DNA from: Phoronis australis
Taxonomy: Eukaryota > Animalia > Phoronida
Assembly (NCBI GenBank): GCA_002633005.1
Contig: NMRA01000926.1
Span: 33,010 to 97,009 of the forward strand
Length of the DNA stretch: 64,000 bases
Reading direction: 5' to 3'
Shown here: in pieces, positions 12,818 to 25,720 of the stretch
Numbering within the stretch: the stretch's first letter is position 1
Layout of the letters: every line of letters begins with the position of its first letter
The notes under the pieces: generated by a model
Databases searched by the model: none
What the model saw: only the letters and a program-made list of their open reading frames with translations
Told to the model about the DNA's origin: nothing
Position numbers and translations under genes: made by a program

Positions 12818-13711
12818 NNNNNNNNNNNNNNNNNNNNNNNNNNNNNNNNNNNNNNNNNNNNNNNNNNNNNNNNNNNNNNNNNNNNNNNNNNNNNNNNNNN
12901 NNNNNNNNNNNNNNNNNNNNNNNNNNNNNNNNNNNNNNNNNNNNNNNNNNNNNNNNNNNNNNNNNNNNNNNNNNNNNNNNNNNNNNNNNNNNNNNNNNNN
13001 NNNNNNNNNNNNNNNNNNNNNNNNNNNNNNNNNNNNNNNNNNNNNNNNNNNNNNNNNNNNNNNNNNNNNNNNNNNNNNNNNNNNNNNNNNNNNNNNNNNN
13101 NNNNNNNNNNNNNNNNNNNNNNNNNNNNNNNNNNNNNNNNNNNNNNNNNNNNNNNNNNNNNNNNNNNNNNNNNNNNNNNNNNNNNNNNNNNNNNNNNNNN
13201 NNNNNNNNNNNNNNNNNNNNNNNNNNNNNNNNNNNNNNNNNNNNNNNNNNNNNNNNNNNNNNNNNNNNNNNNNNNNNNNNNNNNNNNNNNNNNNNNNNNN
13301 NNNNNNNNNNNNNNNNNNNNNNNNNNNNNNNNNNNNNNNNNNNNNNNNNNNNNNNNNNNNNNNNNNNNNNNNNNNNNNNNNNNNNNNNNNNNNNNNNNNN
13401 NNNNNNNNNNNNNNNNNNNNNNNNNNNNNNNNNNNNNNNNNNNNNNNNNNNNNNNNNNNNNNNNNNNNNNNNNNNNNNNNNNNNNNNNNNNNNNNNNNNN
13501 NNNNNNNNNNNNNNNNNNNNNNNNNNNNNNNNNNNNNNNNNNNNNNNNNNNNNNNNNNNNNNNNNNNNNNNNNNNNNNNNNNNNNNNNNNNNNNNNNNNN
13601 NNNNNNNNNNNNNNNNNNNNNNNNNNNNNNNNNNNNNNNNNNNNNNNNNNNNNNNNNNNNNNNNNNNNNNNNNNNNNNNNNNNNNNNNNNNNNNNNNNNN
13701 NNNNNNNNNNN
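12818..13711. other. Assembly gap
   Basis: Run of N. Confidence 1.
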
Positions 13712-16700
13712 CTATTCAACATCGAGTGGGTCAAGACGAGCCACTGTGTAATTACACATGATGAAGCAGGTGTTGTATAGGTAAATGTTGAAAGTGATGG
13801 AGGAGGGCACCCACATCACCAGAATCACTTGTGACAACCCTGATGTCTCCGAGCTCTTAATTTACATGTATGGGGCGGCTAATATGCCAGTAGACGTCAA
13901 GACTAAAATGGACAAGTGGAATGGTAGTATTTCGGACAAGTGCCGCCAACATGAGAGGTCACATGACGTGATGGTACTGGATACATAAAAAGTTCTTGAT
14001 TTGAACGAGCTGTCAGAGACGCCAATAACCCCTCTCTGAGTAGACACGGAGGAGTCAAATTGAACTTATCGCAGTCACTGACTGACTCGTGGTCCATTAC
14101 CTTGAAGCTGTTCTCCATGAACACCTACGCATGGGGGTGGTGACATTTTCTCGAGAACCAGTTAGTCATAAATCCTCAGTAGAAGAAGACAGGCGGCTCA
14201 GCAAAGTCGGGAACTTTACTTTATTTTATAGTAAGTTCCACAAATCATATTTTATGAGTTTTCCCTGGATTAATAACAGTGCCCATCCTAGTTTACGTAT
14301 ATATAACCTGCACGGATTACGGGTAATCTATACACATCACTTTGGGGAGGCAGTGTGGCTTATTGTCCTTCCTCTACGCAAGGTTGTGTCTTCCAGTCAC
14401 ACTGGGCACACTTATAGTCGCCTGAGTCAAGTCCCTAGATACTTAGCCCTGTATCAAATAATAAAGCATAAAGATGGTCCAAGGTGATCAGTGCAAAGAG
14501 CCTTCCGGTGCGGCATGCCTAGGTCTGGTACAACAATATTTTAAACTAGTTATTGAAATATTGGGAGGATATCTTATTTCAGTATTTAGCTATCCCTTAT
14601 TCTTTATATAATGGAATCACAGAAATGATAATTCTGCATTGCCCATAAATTTAACATTTCAATGCGCAAAAGAGATGAATTTTCCTTGTTTAAGTTCAAC
14701 GTGACCTTTGACCTCTCATTTGACCTTGATATTGACCTTGCATCCTTAAAATAATATCAGAGATGGACTATCCGTCCCAAAAAACAATTGCAGGATCCTA
14801 CACGGTATCATGTTCAGAGTGTGGAAATTAGGCGAAATTATAAAAAGGCTCAAAGTTGCACAAAGTGCAACTAAGTTAATTGTGTTCTCCTAGCAACATA
14901 TAATAAATTTCCAAAATAAAACTTTACAGCAAACAACATTGCAAGGTCAACTTTTTGGCAACTAGACTACTGTGATTTCGGGTATCTGTTACTGTCCTAT
15001 GCTCCTAACAAACCTGATGAACTTAACCTAACATATTAACCAGGATATTGCTAACGCTGTGGGTATGGCATTCATTTAAGTCACTTGTTCCCCTCTGCAG
15101 TCATGCAGTCTTTGTGTAACAATTCACTGCATATACTTCAAGACATTTGAAATAAAATATGATTAAGAAATAAGGCCCAATTAAGTTACAAGCAATCACA
15201 GTGCGTCAATAAAAGTATTTATCCATGAAAGACGTGCTGTTAAAAATATTCTTCAGAGTTAGAAACTGGAGTTTGGTGATTCCTACCTGAGCTCACACGA
15301 AGCAGGACGTTGAACCTTGATTTTACGTCTTTGGTCATTTTTCAGACATCTGTCGTGTTTCCCCTCTTGTGTGCAGTGAATGTAATGTCTTTGGCCACGG
15401 CAATATATGTCGAGGGTTGTATCGGTGATTCGGGCAAGTGAATCTACTACTTTAGATTATCTAGCTCCTTCTGCACGTCTCCGAGGCAGACAACTACTCG
15501 GGATGACATGTTCCACCTCCTTAACATCACCTCCACTCACTTTTAAGGTTCTCAATTGTCTCGCAAAGTTCGTTGTGCGTTTCCCAAGAGCTTTCAAAGT
15601 TGTTTCGCTCGGCAAGTTGTAAAAATACCCCATTTTATGCTACTGGCGGTCCCAGACAAATAGTTAATTCGCAAACCTCCACTTTAGATCAGTCATCATT
15701 CAACTAACGCATAGTGTATGCTTTAGTTTGGTATTCAATGAGTTAGATGAACAAACCCAATATAATTTCATATTTTAGTGAGTACCGCTTGTATCCTGAA
15801 AGTTAATCAAAAGCATTTATGCAAACCATTTCTGTTCATTGTTGTATTACATCATGGCATTTTAATGGGTACAACTAGTGACTGCTTTAACATGACAAAT
15901 ACTCAAATGTGCGGTCTGAAAATAGTGATATTCAGACACCTATTACCAAGCCTGCATGAAGGGTTGACAAAGTTTTTTGTATTACTTTCAAGCGCATGGT
16001 GTGTTCTATACGCCCATGTAATTATTTTCAGTTTTCTCGTGGGGTCAGCTTCGATATAAGGGTTCTTCAAAAGCATGAAATGTACCTCCACGGAAACAGC
16101 TCCAGTGTTACCATGGCAATCGATATTTTAGTGTCGGTACCATTTTTGCTTACATTGTTCATGAACCTATCATATGATATCGAAATTATTCAGAAATGAT
16201 TCTGTTTGAAACAGAAACTGCAGTAGACAATGAAATAAAAAATAACTCATTCTGCATCAAGAAATTCCCTCTTTTTGCCCCCCAGAAGACTACCCTAGTA
16301 TCTCCTAAATCACCAATCTTTGTGCTGTCATACTTCACCCAATTTCTCTCATCCCTAATGTGATTTATTAAACTAAACATGGTTCTCAAGGCTGACTGCC
16401 CACCTTGCCGCTTGTTGGCTGTACAGTGGTCGGTGGATCCGTGGACTGATACTTAACCATGTTATTGGGGTCCGAAACAAACAGCAATCCATTTCCAAAA
16501 CTGATAAACAGCAAGAATCAACGGGAAAAGGCCCCCATTGGATTCGAACATGTCGGCGACTGTGTAAATGCTGAACGCAAACATTGTCTATGTGGTTGAA
16601 CAAAAAACAAACGGATGTAATTTGCATAAAAACATACTTTAACTTGGTTGAACCCACGATTGTACTTTTTTACACATATCAATATATACGCGCTCGCATA

Positions 16701-16900
16701 TATAATACAAGCACATATATTAACCTGTTTAACAAAAAGTACAGTCCTGCCTCCAACCAAGTTTTTGTCCATGAAGGGCTGGTACCGAACTATACAAATA
16801 TCAATTAAAATGCAAAAATGTCTAAGGCAACAATTCTCGACAAGTGACACAACTGCTGACAAAATTTACGGGTCTGTGTACATCACTAAAACATTCCTCA

Positions 16901-17217
16901 CAGGGGCGGATCCAGGGTTTTGAGTTAGGGGGGGCCAGAGTACAGGAATAACCACAATTTCGGCAGATGCGCGCGCCCAGCCTAAAATGTAGTAATGCAG
17001 GGGTCTCGAATTTTTGGGTTTGCGGACCTTTTGACTAAAAAAAAACGGTAAACTGGGTTTGATCAGGGCCTATGCATTGTTTATTCACCCCCCGATATCC
17101 CTGGTTGCGCGCACGTGCTAGTCAGGAATTCGCACCCGAACTGCCAAACTGCCAAATGGTACCTGGTAGAATTTTAGGGGGGCCATGGCCCTCTTGCCCC
17201 CCCTAAATCCGCCACTG
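16901..17217. mobile_element. MITE (CAGGGGCGGAT family) containing a nested CATGCGCG-family MITE
   Basis: TIR CAGGGGCGGAT / ATCCGCCACTG; CCTCA duplicated on both flanks; insert at about 16968-17116. Confidence 0.7.
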
Positions 17218-17992
17218 CCTCACACGGGAATTTCACCTTTTTCCTTTCCGTTACAACCAATCAGAAAGCTCAAACTTTTTTCAATTCCTGAGAAATCAAA
17301 TATCTGTGACCTACTTCAAGAAATTCATTCTAGAATTAGGTTGTCTTTCTAAATGTCCGAATTTCGCCAACGGTTCGCGAATGTTCTCATGAATTTCACA
17401 ATGAGGGCTCGACGATAAAATTTTTCTAAGACCTTTCTACGCGAAGTTGATATTTGCATTGTGTATCAGTTTTGAAGAGCGCACAACTTCTCAGAGAAGT
17501 CAGACATTTTTCTGTCTCCGACATTTATCCCTGTTTCCTGGCATTGTAACCCCACGTACGTGTAGTTATTCAAAAAAAAATTAACTCAAATGTAATAGCT
17601 TATTAAAATTGAAGTATTATTTACCGAATTTGCAGTTACGGATTATAGAAAAAAAATGACTAGAATCTTCCGGCATGTCACTTATACGCACTTGATTACT
17701 TGCGGCTGTGTACATGTACTTACACTGTAGCTTGATCGAGCAGGCGGGGAAACTCTCAACCTGCCTCCTGTTCAGTAACGCTAGGACCTCGCTAAAAAGC
17801 AAGACGTCGCGAGATTACGTGAGATATTGCCGAGTGTTTTAAATGAAATCACGTGACTTTGGCTAGATTTTAGCTAGGTCCTACCGTAGGTCCTAGCGTT
17901 ACTCAACGCACGCCTGGTGATGACGTAAAAGGCACACATGAATGCTTTGACGCAAAGAGTTTCATTTCTGAAATCGTTCATTTTAATTCTAG

Positions 17993-18292
17993 GTTACAGA
18001 GACTGCATTGGCATTTCGTTCAGAAATTGAATGTCTCCAAAAAGTGCGTGATCACCAGTTCATTGTGAAGTTTATTCAAGTGTATTTCACAAACGATACG
18101 ACCGCTAACATTGTCATGGAACTTTGCGACTACGACTTAGTAGGTCATTATGCTACCAAAAGGGTACAATTTGCCCAAGGCGTATCTCTGATGATGGACT
18201 GCTTGAAAGGGTTGGAACATTTGCATTCGAATGGGATCACCCACAGAGACTTGAAACCACGGAACATACTAATGAAGAACGGCATTGCTAAG
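17993..18292 (+). CDS. Ser/Thr protein kinase, internal exon (subdomains III-VIb)
   Basis: Acceptor ttttaattctag, donor AAG|gtacgg, phase 0/0. Encodes SEIECLQKVRDHQFIVKF...IVMELCDYDL...GLEHLHSNGITHRDLKPRNILMKNGIAK. Confidence 0.9.
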
Positions 18293-18729
18293 GTACGGAA
18301 AGTGTTTATTCGTCAACCTTGAATCCTCGTTGGACAGAAAGTTTTTTAGTTTCCATATTGCATGTGGTCATGAAATGCGGCCTCTTTCATCCAGCAGCTG
18401 AGTATAAATCAAAATGCTGATAGTTATTGTTAATTAAAAACCACCGCATGTTGCAAATGCGTCAAGTGCCCGATGCAATACGTCGCAGTCAAACGTTTCC
18501 TTGTGACACATTGCGTTGGGCCGCAACTGAATGACTGTGTATTGGGACCATGCCGCATGTCAGCCTCATCCTCTCACTACAATATATACATACAGTTTAC
18601 ATGTACACTGTAGGAAGAGGAGTAAGCGAATCGGCTCAATGAGCCTGATGGACTGTTTAGAATTTACCCTTTAGTTTCATAACTATTCAATTAAATTTTT
18701 TGATCACTGAACCTTGGGTCGTTCTACAG

Positions 18730-18904
18730 ATAACAGACTTTGGCCTGGCAAAAGTTGCAGACATGGACCCTGTCATCTCCAAGAGGTACATGACGACGTT
18801 TTGTGGAACACCCAACTTCATGGCTCCGGAAATAATCGCTCAAAAGCGATACACCAATGCAGTGGACATCTTCTCCATGGGAGTCCTTTTTCAATGGATG
18901 AACG
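18730..18904 (+). CDS. Ser/Thr protein kinase, internal exon (subdomains VII-IX)
   Basis: Acceptor gttctacag, in frame with the previous exon: ITDFGLAKVA...TFCGTPNFMAPEII...YTNAVDIFSMGVLFQWMN. Donor G|gtttgt, phase 1. Confidence 0.88.
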
Positions 18905-21210
18905 GTTTGTTTTTTGTACGCATTTCTTACATATTCTAACAAAACGCCCTTACTTTGAATTAATTTGCTCAATATCTATGTATTTTGTTAAAGCGAGTTA
19001 TTCTCCTTAAGAACAGACAATGGCGCGTTTTGCTTGTCAAAGAAATAGCAAACCATCTCGACGACGTGCATATTTCCGTGTGCTTAGTTCCATTGCTTAC
19101 TTTCAGAATGAAAATATTTCAAACAGTATTTACTTTAATGATCTTTTGCGACCCCTACATAATAGAGCACGTAGAAAAAAATGATGTAAATGTCCATTTC
19201 GCCAATGCCAAACACTGTCAACTTCAAACGGAGATAACACAAGACGACGTTCCAGATTGTAGAAATAACCTGTATATTGGTGGAATTGGGGTAGTCAGGT
19301 GATGCGGACACCACACTTTCGGGAACAACCAAAACGGTCAAAACTTCCATCGTTATGAAACGGTATCATTCCACCTTCCAACCATTTTTTTCGGGAAGCA
19401 ACCAGTACTGAACATTTTATTGAAAAGGTTAGGTAACACCTCCAACAGGACTTCCTTGTCCACTCTATGGAGTTCGAATTCACTGCACATTTTATCTCAT
19501 CCTATACAATACATGTTACCACTTGGAATGGGCAATATACCAAGACACTGTTTGTCCATGACTTACAAGTGTTTGTTCAAAAGCCCAACAAAGGCAAATG
19601 TGAAGTTATCCACTGATTTTGTGATTGACACTGGAATAATGGTACTCAATTTTTTAAAACTTTGTGTCTTGCTATTTGCCAAATAAAAAATACAAGCAGA
19701 CACACCAGCTGAAATGGCTAGTTTATCTGTACTGCCTCCTGTTATATCTGATATGTATGTAATGGCGTGTTCTCAATATGGCGCTCCCCAGGAATTCGAC
19801 TGTCTCCGTAATGGAAGCTGTCTATTGTTGTGCTTTTCACCACCAGATGGAGCAACGTTTTTGTTCATGTGCCTTGAAAATAATTTTTCAGCGACCAACT
19901 CTCTGCCTGGTTCATTCCATTTCTCATTCACAAGGGCATTTTTAAATAATTCATGCTTCTTGCTAAGGGAAAAATTAATGATCCGACTCAATTCTGTCGA
20001 TCACGTCAAAGGCAGTGATGCGTTCAAACTTGTTGCATGAGACGATTATACTCTATTCTACTGAATTCTTGTCTACCTATTAATGCAATTTTGTTTCTTT
20101 GTATCGCCATGTAATGCACCATTAACGATGAGCATTTCGTGCAAAAAACCCGTATTCATTTGCCCCCGGTTTTTGTTTCGCTCCCTATTGCCTTGAATAG
20201 AACTCTAGTACTACGAACAAGATAACAATGTGAGGTTTCAAATTCGTTTTCAGCCAATTTCGTCAACTATTCAGTTTCAGAATGTCACCAGAATTACTAA
20301 AATCAAGTCAAAATAATCATAAACGTGTTTTTTTTTTCTTGAAATATATTGCACGACCCTTCAAGAATTTATTTACAGAGTTTTATGAAAGACTGCGAGG
20401 AAATCGCAATTCTGTCTTTCTTGAAAACGTGTGGAGTCTGGACAATGGAAGTCATCACTTGATCGGAATACCTCCTTGAATACTGTGTCTTACTTGTTAT
20501 TTCGTTCTCCGCAAGGGTTTGAGAACACGGACGCACGTTGTGTTTCTTTGTGCAATTATCGAATAGGTTAAGTCAGCTGGTGTCTCTCATTTTTTGTCTC
20601 GCCATTTGATCAACAGGCGGGGCAGCCATTGAATATCAAAATCAACCAACTAATTCCAATTCCCCAGCCTTTGCTATTTCGTTTGATTTTGAACATGGAC
20701 GCACACGGGCACAGGTTGTTTCCTTGTGCAATAACCAAATCTGTTGAGGAAAGCGCAGGGTTGTATCAAATATTCATGTGCTCTGAGGTCTAATTTGCCA
20801 TTGGACAAAACGAGAACTTAGGAGTTTTTCAAAAACTTAAAATCTAAAAGTCAAGTGTGTTCCAAAAATTGTTCCAAAATAATAAAACTTTTTTCAAAAA
20901 TTTAAGAGAATGTTCACAATTGAACCACGCAGAGGGTGATAAACGCTATGTCACAGATTCTCTATATATTTTCTCTGTGTGATGACACTAGTCCCACTGA
21001 CTCTAGACCACCTTTATTTTTTCAAGCGCCGCCTTTTGGTTTCCATGGATACTACTTGTTTCCAGCAAGTTTTGAGCCTGGCGGCAGTTGAGTTTTAGTA
21101 AAATTTCGACAGTTACGTTACGTAGTGGTAGTAACGTTGAAATATTGAACCTGTGTTATTAAACAGGTGACCTTCGAATACTTTATTCGATCTGTTTTTA
21201 TCTGTTTTTA

Positions 21211-24200
21211 GAGCCGCATAAGATGAACACTTTTAGTGATTTTTGAAACTGTCAAAATTGGCTTAATTCGTATCCCGATATCTCAGTTGGCACAGGTTTC
21301 AGAACATTTTAGTACCAACCAATGTGTTGAGCTAACTTAGATCTACAAAATAAGACAAAAAAATCTCTGGCGCGAACGGGTTTATGTCAGTTGAATTCGA
21401 AAGTGACTGGTAGTTACGCCATTTCACCACAATGAATAGCGCCGACGAACGTCAACAAAAAGTGAATATTTGCTACTAGTTGGCCAGAAACTGCAAATCA
21501 ATTTATCATTTATCAAATTTCGTCTTTTCTAGGCACCGAGGGTAATTTACTTTATTTCTGGAAAATGCTCGTAGTCATGGAATTAGGATAATTACTGGAC
21601 AAACAGCAGTAGCTTTGGCAGGACAACTTTTGCGAGATTCGAAATTCAAATGTTACTGGTTTTACAAATCTCAGTAATCTTATTCGCACGGCTAAAAGAC
21701 AAAACACCGCCGATAAATCATTTTCGTAACATTTTCCTTTCGTGGTTGCCCTCTCCCCTCTTGCGGCTTTCCAAATCGTACAGTGTTGTATGAACAACAT
21801 TATTTATTTTTGGTTTTATCTGTGATTTTTCTGTTAACAAAGAAGATGCGTACTGTGAGTTAGCTCTGGAGTGTGTCTGAACAAACGTTATTTTTAAGGA
21901 ATCATCAAGTACATGTAGTTTTGATGCACTGCGTTGAAAGCGGAGGGCAGTGTCAAGGTGAAAGATTCATTGGCAATTACAGGCAAAGACAAAATCACTG
22001 GTGACCAGATTTCCGTGGCCCCAGTAACTTCACGTTTTGTAGTGGTATGTCCGGCTAGTCTTATCATTTTGCTATCTGTATGCAAATTGTTGTGACTGAC
22101 ACAAGTGAAAAATTGAAGACTTTCAAGTAGCAATGGGGGCTGACTAGATGGAACCAGGTACCATTAAGAAGATACTTCATCTGCGCAATGGGGGACACAT
22201 AGCACATAGTTGAAAAACTGTGTGTGACTAGTTGTGAGAAGTTTAAAGAAGTGAATTCAAATTACAATACAGCCACTGAATTATTAGACTCTGTCCGGTG
22301 TCTCTCCGGTCTAGCCACCCGTGACCGTAACCGGAGACAGACCGGAGAGTGAGACGTGAATCAACAGTGACAGCTGGCGTGAGCCTAAGCGTGACTGTAC
22401 TCGGAGCTTACCGCGAGTTAGGGTGAAGGAAGCGCGAGCCAGCCGTGAGCCAGGCACGAGTTTACCTGCATCGCAGATGAAAAAGTAATTTATTAAAATT
22501 ATATCAATAACTAGCAGCGATGTGTGTATTCTCATAGACTTTTGCTCATGTGAGGTTTATTTTTTTGAAATCGTCACGTTCAGCAAAAGACCAAAATTTC
22601 CTTCTCAAATCTTAATTCACTTCAGGAAACAGACATGTGGACTCTACTTTCACTTATATATAATTATTTGTTTTTTATATAAACTAATAAAGAATCTTAA
22701 CACGCGTGTACATGACAGAAATATTCAATTCAATTGCCTTCACGATATGAAGGAGTATAGCATGTCAATTCGGAGAACTTTGATCCCAAGTTCCGGCTTC
22801 ATGTGGAGAAAATTGATCGTGCCCATGCATTTGACGAGTCAAACAGATCACTGCTATTATTATTTTAGTGAAAAAGTACCAGTCCTCTAGAGGGCAAAGG
22901 TATCCTGTTCCAGCCATTACTTGACGGTATAAATGCCTCATGTTGTAAGCATGATCTGATTTTCATCCAATACAGAGGTCATGTCAAAGAAGTGAGGGTG
23001 ACAAAGGCTGCTTTCAGTATATAGTCCATAATTACACGAGAAGTATTATATTGTAGCTCATGTTTTTCCATGACTTCTCAACAGACAAACAATATCCAGC
23101 ACATAATCTTTGAAACAGTCACGAGTTCAAAATATAGCTTCATGCACATTGGGTCCTAATTGCTCAAGTCTTTCTTGAGCTTTAATAGCAAGACTACCAA
23201 CTTTTCTTAGGCAAAATCACAACAGAGATATCTAAATAGGGTAACTGATCTACATGTAAGTGCTAATGGACTGGCTCAAACATGACACTATTCAAAATCA
23301 GGTGATATGGCTTACGTGTTCCTCCTCATCCCATACTGTACACGTACATGTAACTCCTCAGTTTGTATATACAATGTTGGATCACTTTAAATTAAAAAAT
23401 GATATTTAATGCGGCTACAGTCTGGTTTAACACTCATAGCCCAGTTAATCTATACAAAGTAGCATGGAAAACATGAAATGTCTAAAGGTGTTAAAATACC
23501 TAGATGTCAGTGAATTGGCTCAAGCATGACACTCCTGATGTTAATCATTCAAAATACAGGGTGAAATCGGAACTTCCCTTAACTCACCATCACATGCTGT
23601 ACAAATTACTCGTCATTCTGTTGGAACAAATTAAAGTCAGGATGATATTTAATGTGACTGCAATCTGGTTTAACACTGGTCATCCAGTTAAGTGGTACAA
23701 AGTTGCATGGAAAAACGCGATATCTAAATGTGTTCCTTGATCTAAATGCCAGTGAACTGGTTCAAGCATGACATTCCCAAAGTTAACCTTTCAAAATACA
23801 TGGCCCCTCACTCAACTTGTCATCACATATAGTACCTGAAAATCGCCAATCTGCCTTTCCTTAAGCTTGTACATAAGACAACACCTAGATGAGGCCTCGC
23901 TTTTAGTTAAGTGAGCGTAATATGAATTTGAAAGATGAAAACTGTTATACCAGCGTTTTAAATAAATTGGACAACGAAGTTTCAACCAGAACAATGGCTA
24001 TATATCCTAAATTTTACTGACAAAATCATAAGTGTTGCTATACTGCATTTTGCATACACCTCCGTTTCTACAATATATCAATTACAACTGTTTAAATCAC
24101 TCAGGAAATCCAATAGATTGTACAATGTTTGGGCGAAGATGAAATCCGGAGTATTCCTGGACATCACTGAATGTCAACTTCATTATCTCCCTAATTTGAC

Positions 24201-25720
24201 CATTTTCCAACGCGGTTCAAAGCAGCCAAGCGTGAAAAGAAACCTTTATCCTGCTGTGGTGTCAGCCAGCCTTCCTCCCTAAACTGCTTATTTGTCTTCA
24301 TCGCCTGTGCAGTTCTTGTGGGGTCTGCTTTGTTGTTCTACTCTCTGAAAAATGACAGGTAGTTTGTAACACTCTCGAATTATACACTTCTTGCAGAACT
24401 TTGCAGAGCCCAGCCCCTACACAGGCGTGACTGTCTCTGTGTGATCCAATGATTTAAGCTGAGACAATTTTGACCCATGATGTGTAATATGTAAAATGAT
24501 CTTCAATACAACCCGAAAAAAACACTGTGGGTTTATTTTTGCTAGTTCGACTGGATTCCTTTGAATATCCACAGGATATCATATCCAGATCCTAAATTTC
24601 GACATAGTGGGACTCCTAAAACATAACCACATACTATGATTTCAAGAATTACACAATTCACTGAAAGCCGAAGTAAAAACAAATTGTGTCATGCAAGTTG
24701 TCAGTTGAAATTGGAATTTAGAATGATATGAATAAAACCTTCATCAATTTGTATAGGAAACATACATCCTGTAATGAACTAAAAAGAAGTTAAAGTCAAT
24801 GAGATATTGCATTTTTCGCTTCCAACATATGGCCCCAAGATTCACATAATCTCGTACTAAATTTACAACAAACACAAGACACTACTAGTAAGTGGACTGA
24901 ATAGCGACATGACAGGTATATACTTTGATTTAGGAACTCAGGACTGTTCATCACTTTTTACTTTGATGCAGGCATATGACTACTAGATTTCACCAGTGGC
25001 CACAACAAAAAGTTCTGTCTATCCAGTTCAGAAACAAGTACTGTTGTTGCATTTTTATGATACATGCATGTTCACTCAGTTTGTGAATTTCCTGAAAGGA
25101 GAACCAGTAACTTGCACTGCAGGGTACTGTATTAGAATAACAACTGTTGTTTCTAGTGGTGCTAACTGGTTCTCGAATCAGGTATCCTTAAAACTGACTA
25201 CTACCGCCAAAATTCTGCCATCATGTGATAGCCTCAAATTCAAGCAAAGTAGTAGTAGTACTCACCAAATCCATCAGGGATGAACACATGCATTGACATT
25301 GTTGAATTCCAGTGGAAGTAAGTTGACTTTTACTTTTCAACCAGCATCGTCATTTCAGGCTGGGCACGCAAGCTACTGCTAATGAAATGGGTGCTTGCAC
25401 AGTATACTTGGTTTCCATAGAGTTCCAAAAGTAGCCCGGTGTCTTGCCCTTGCCTCGGACGCAGTCACACAGTCATACATGTAGATGCGGTGAACACGTA
25501 CAAGTAAATTGCCTGACTCTTGCCAAAATCAGTTCCCTCACAGTTTGTAGGTGTGGTGTCTTGGTACTCACATTATGTTGAATCAAGATTTCACACATGT
25601 GCAGAGAATTTTCTTTTGAGGTCCCACACACTTCATCACACTTCACCATAACAGTTAATACTGCAAGTCAAGAGCATTAGCCATTTTGCCACCACTCATG
25701 TGACACCTGTTGTTGGACAC
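21211..25720 (-). mobile_element. Decayed DNA transposon with Sola3-like transposase remnants
   Basis: Minus-strand fragments: ELILARV...RHRATFGTLWKPSILCKHPFH (about 25385-25550) and GWALQ...YL...NKADP...W.TPQQ.KGFFSRLAAL (about 24215-24415). Possible GAG terminus at 21211. Family label is from memory. Confidence 0.45.
23240..23800 (+). repeat. Degenerate tandem repeat of about 240 bp, roughly 2.3 units
   Basis: The motif TG(A/G)A(C/T)TGG(C/T)TCAA(G)CATGACA...TTCAAAAT recurs near 23267, 23511 and 23753. Confidence 0.6.

Larger units (their letters stand above)
10040..14969 (+). mobile_element. Academ (AcademX-like) DNA transposon, decayed
   Basis: Perfect 14-bp TIR TAGTCTAGTTGCCA / TGGCAACTAGACTA and 3-bp TSD CTG on both sides. 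XPG/PIN-like remnant THDEA...RITCDNPDV..LLIY near 13750-13870; transposase-like remnant near 11600-11790. Confidence 0.75.
9780..16452. mobile_element. Second partial copy of the TTAA element, split by the Academ-like insertion
   Basis: 9783-9940 matches 6803-6943, and 15143-16452 matches 6970-8331 through the same GTGGACTGATAC|TTAA end. The left boundary is not defined. Confidence 0.7.

Noticed and set aside
12775-13761. Long ORFs of 319 and 325 aa
   Set aside because: Artefacts of translating the N gap.
14138-14535. TG...CA-bounded solo-LTR candidate
   Set aside because: No TSD, conflicting orientation cues and no second copy in the window.
16460-17990. Search for the kinase Gly-loop/VAIK exon or promoter (GGAAAAGGC at ~16525; CRE-like TGACGTAA at ~17921)
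   Set aside because: No GxGxxG plus VAxK frame with a donor site; 17993 is an internal acceptor, so a promoter here is unsupported.
19100-20100. Possible Gypsy remnant (FVIDTG; YGAPQEF) or extra kinase exons
   Set aside because: Isolated short motifs only; no RT core and no subdomain X/XI-like exon with good splice sites.
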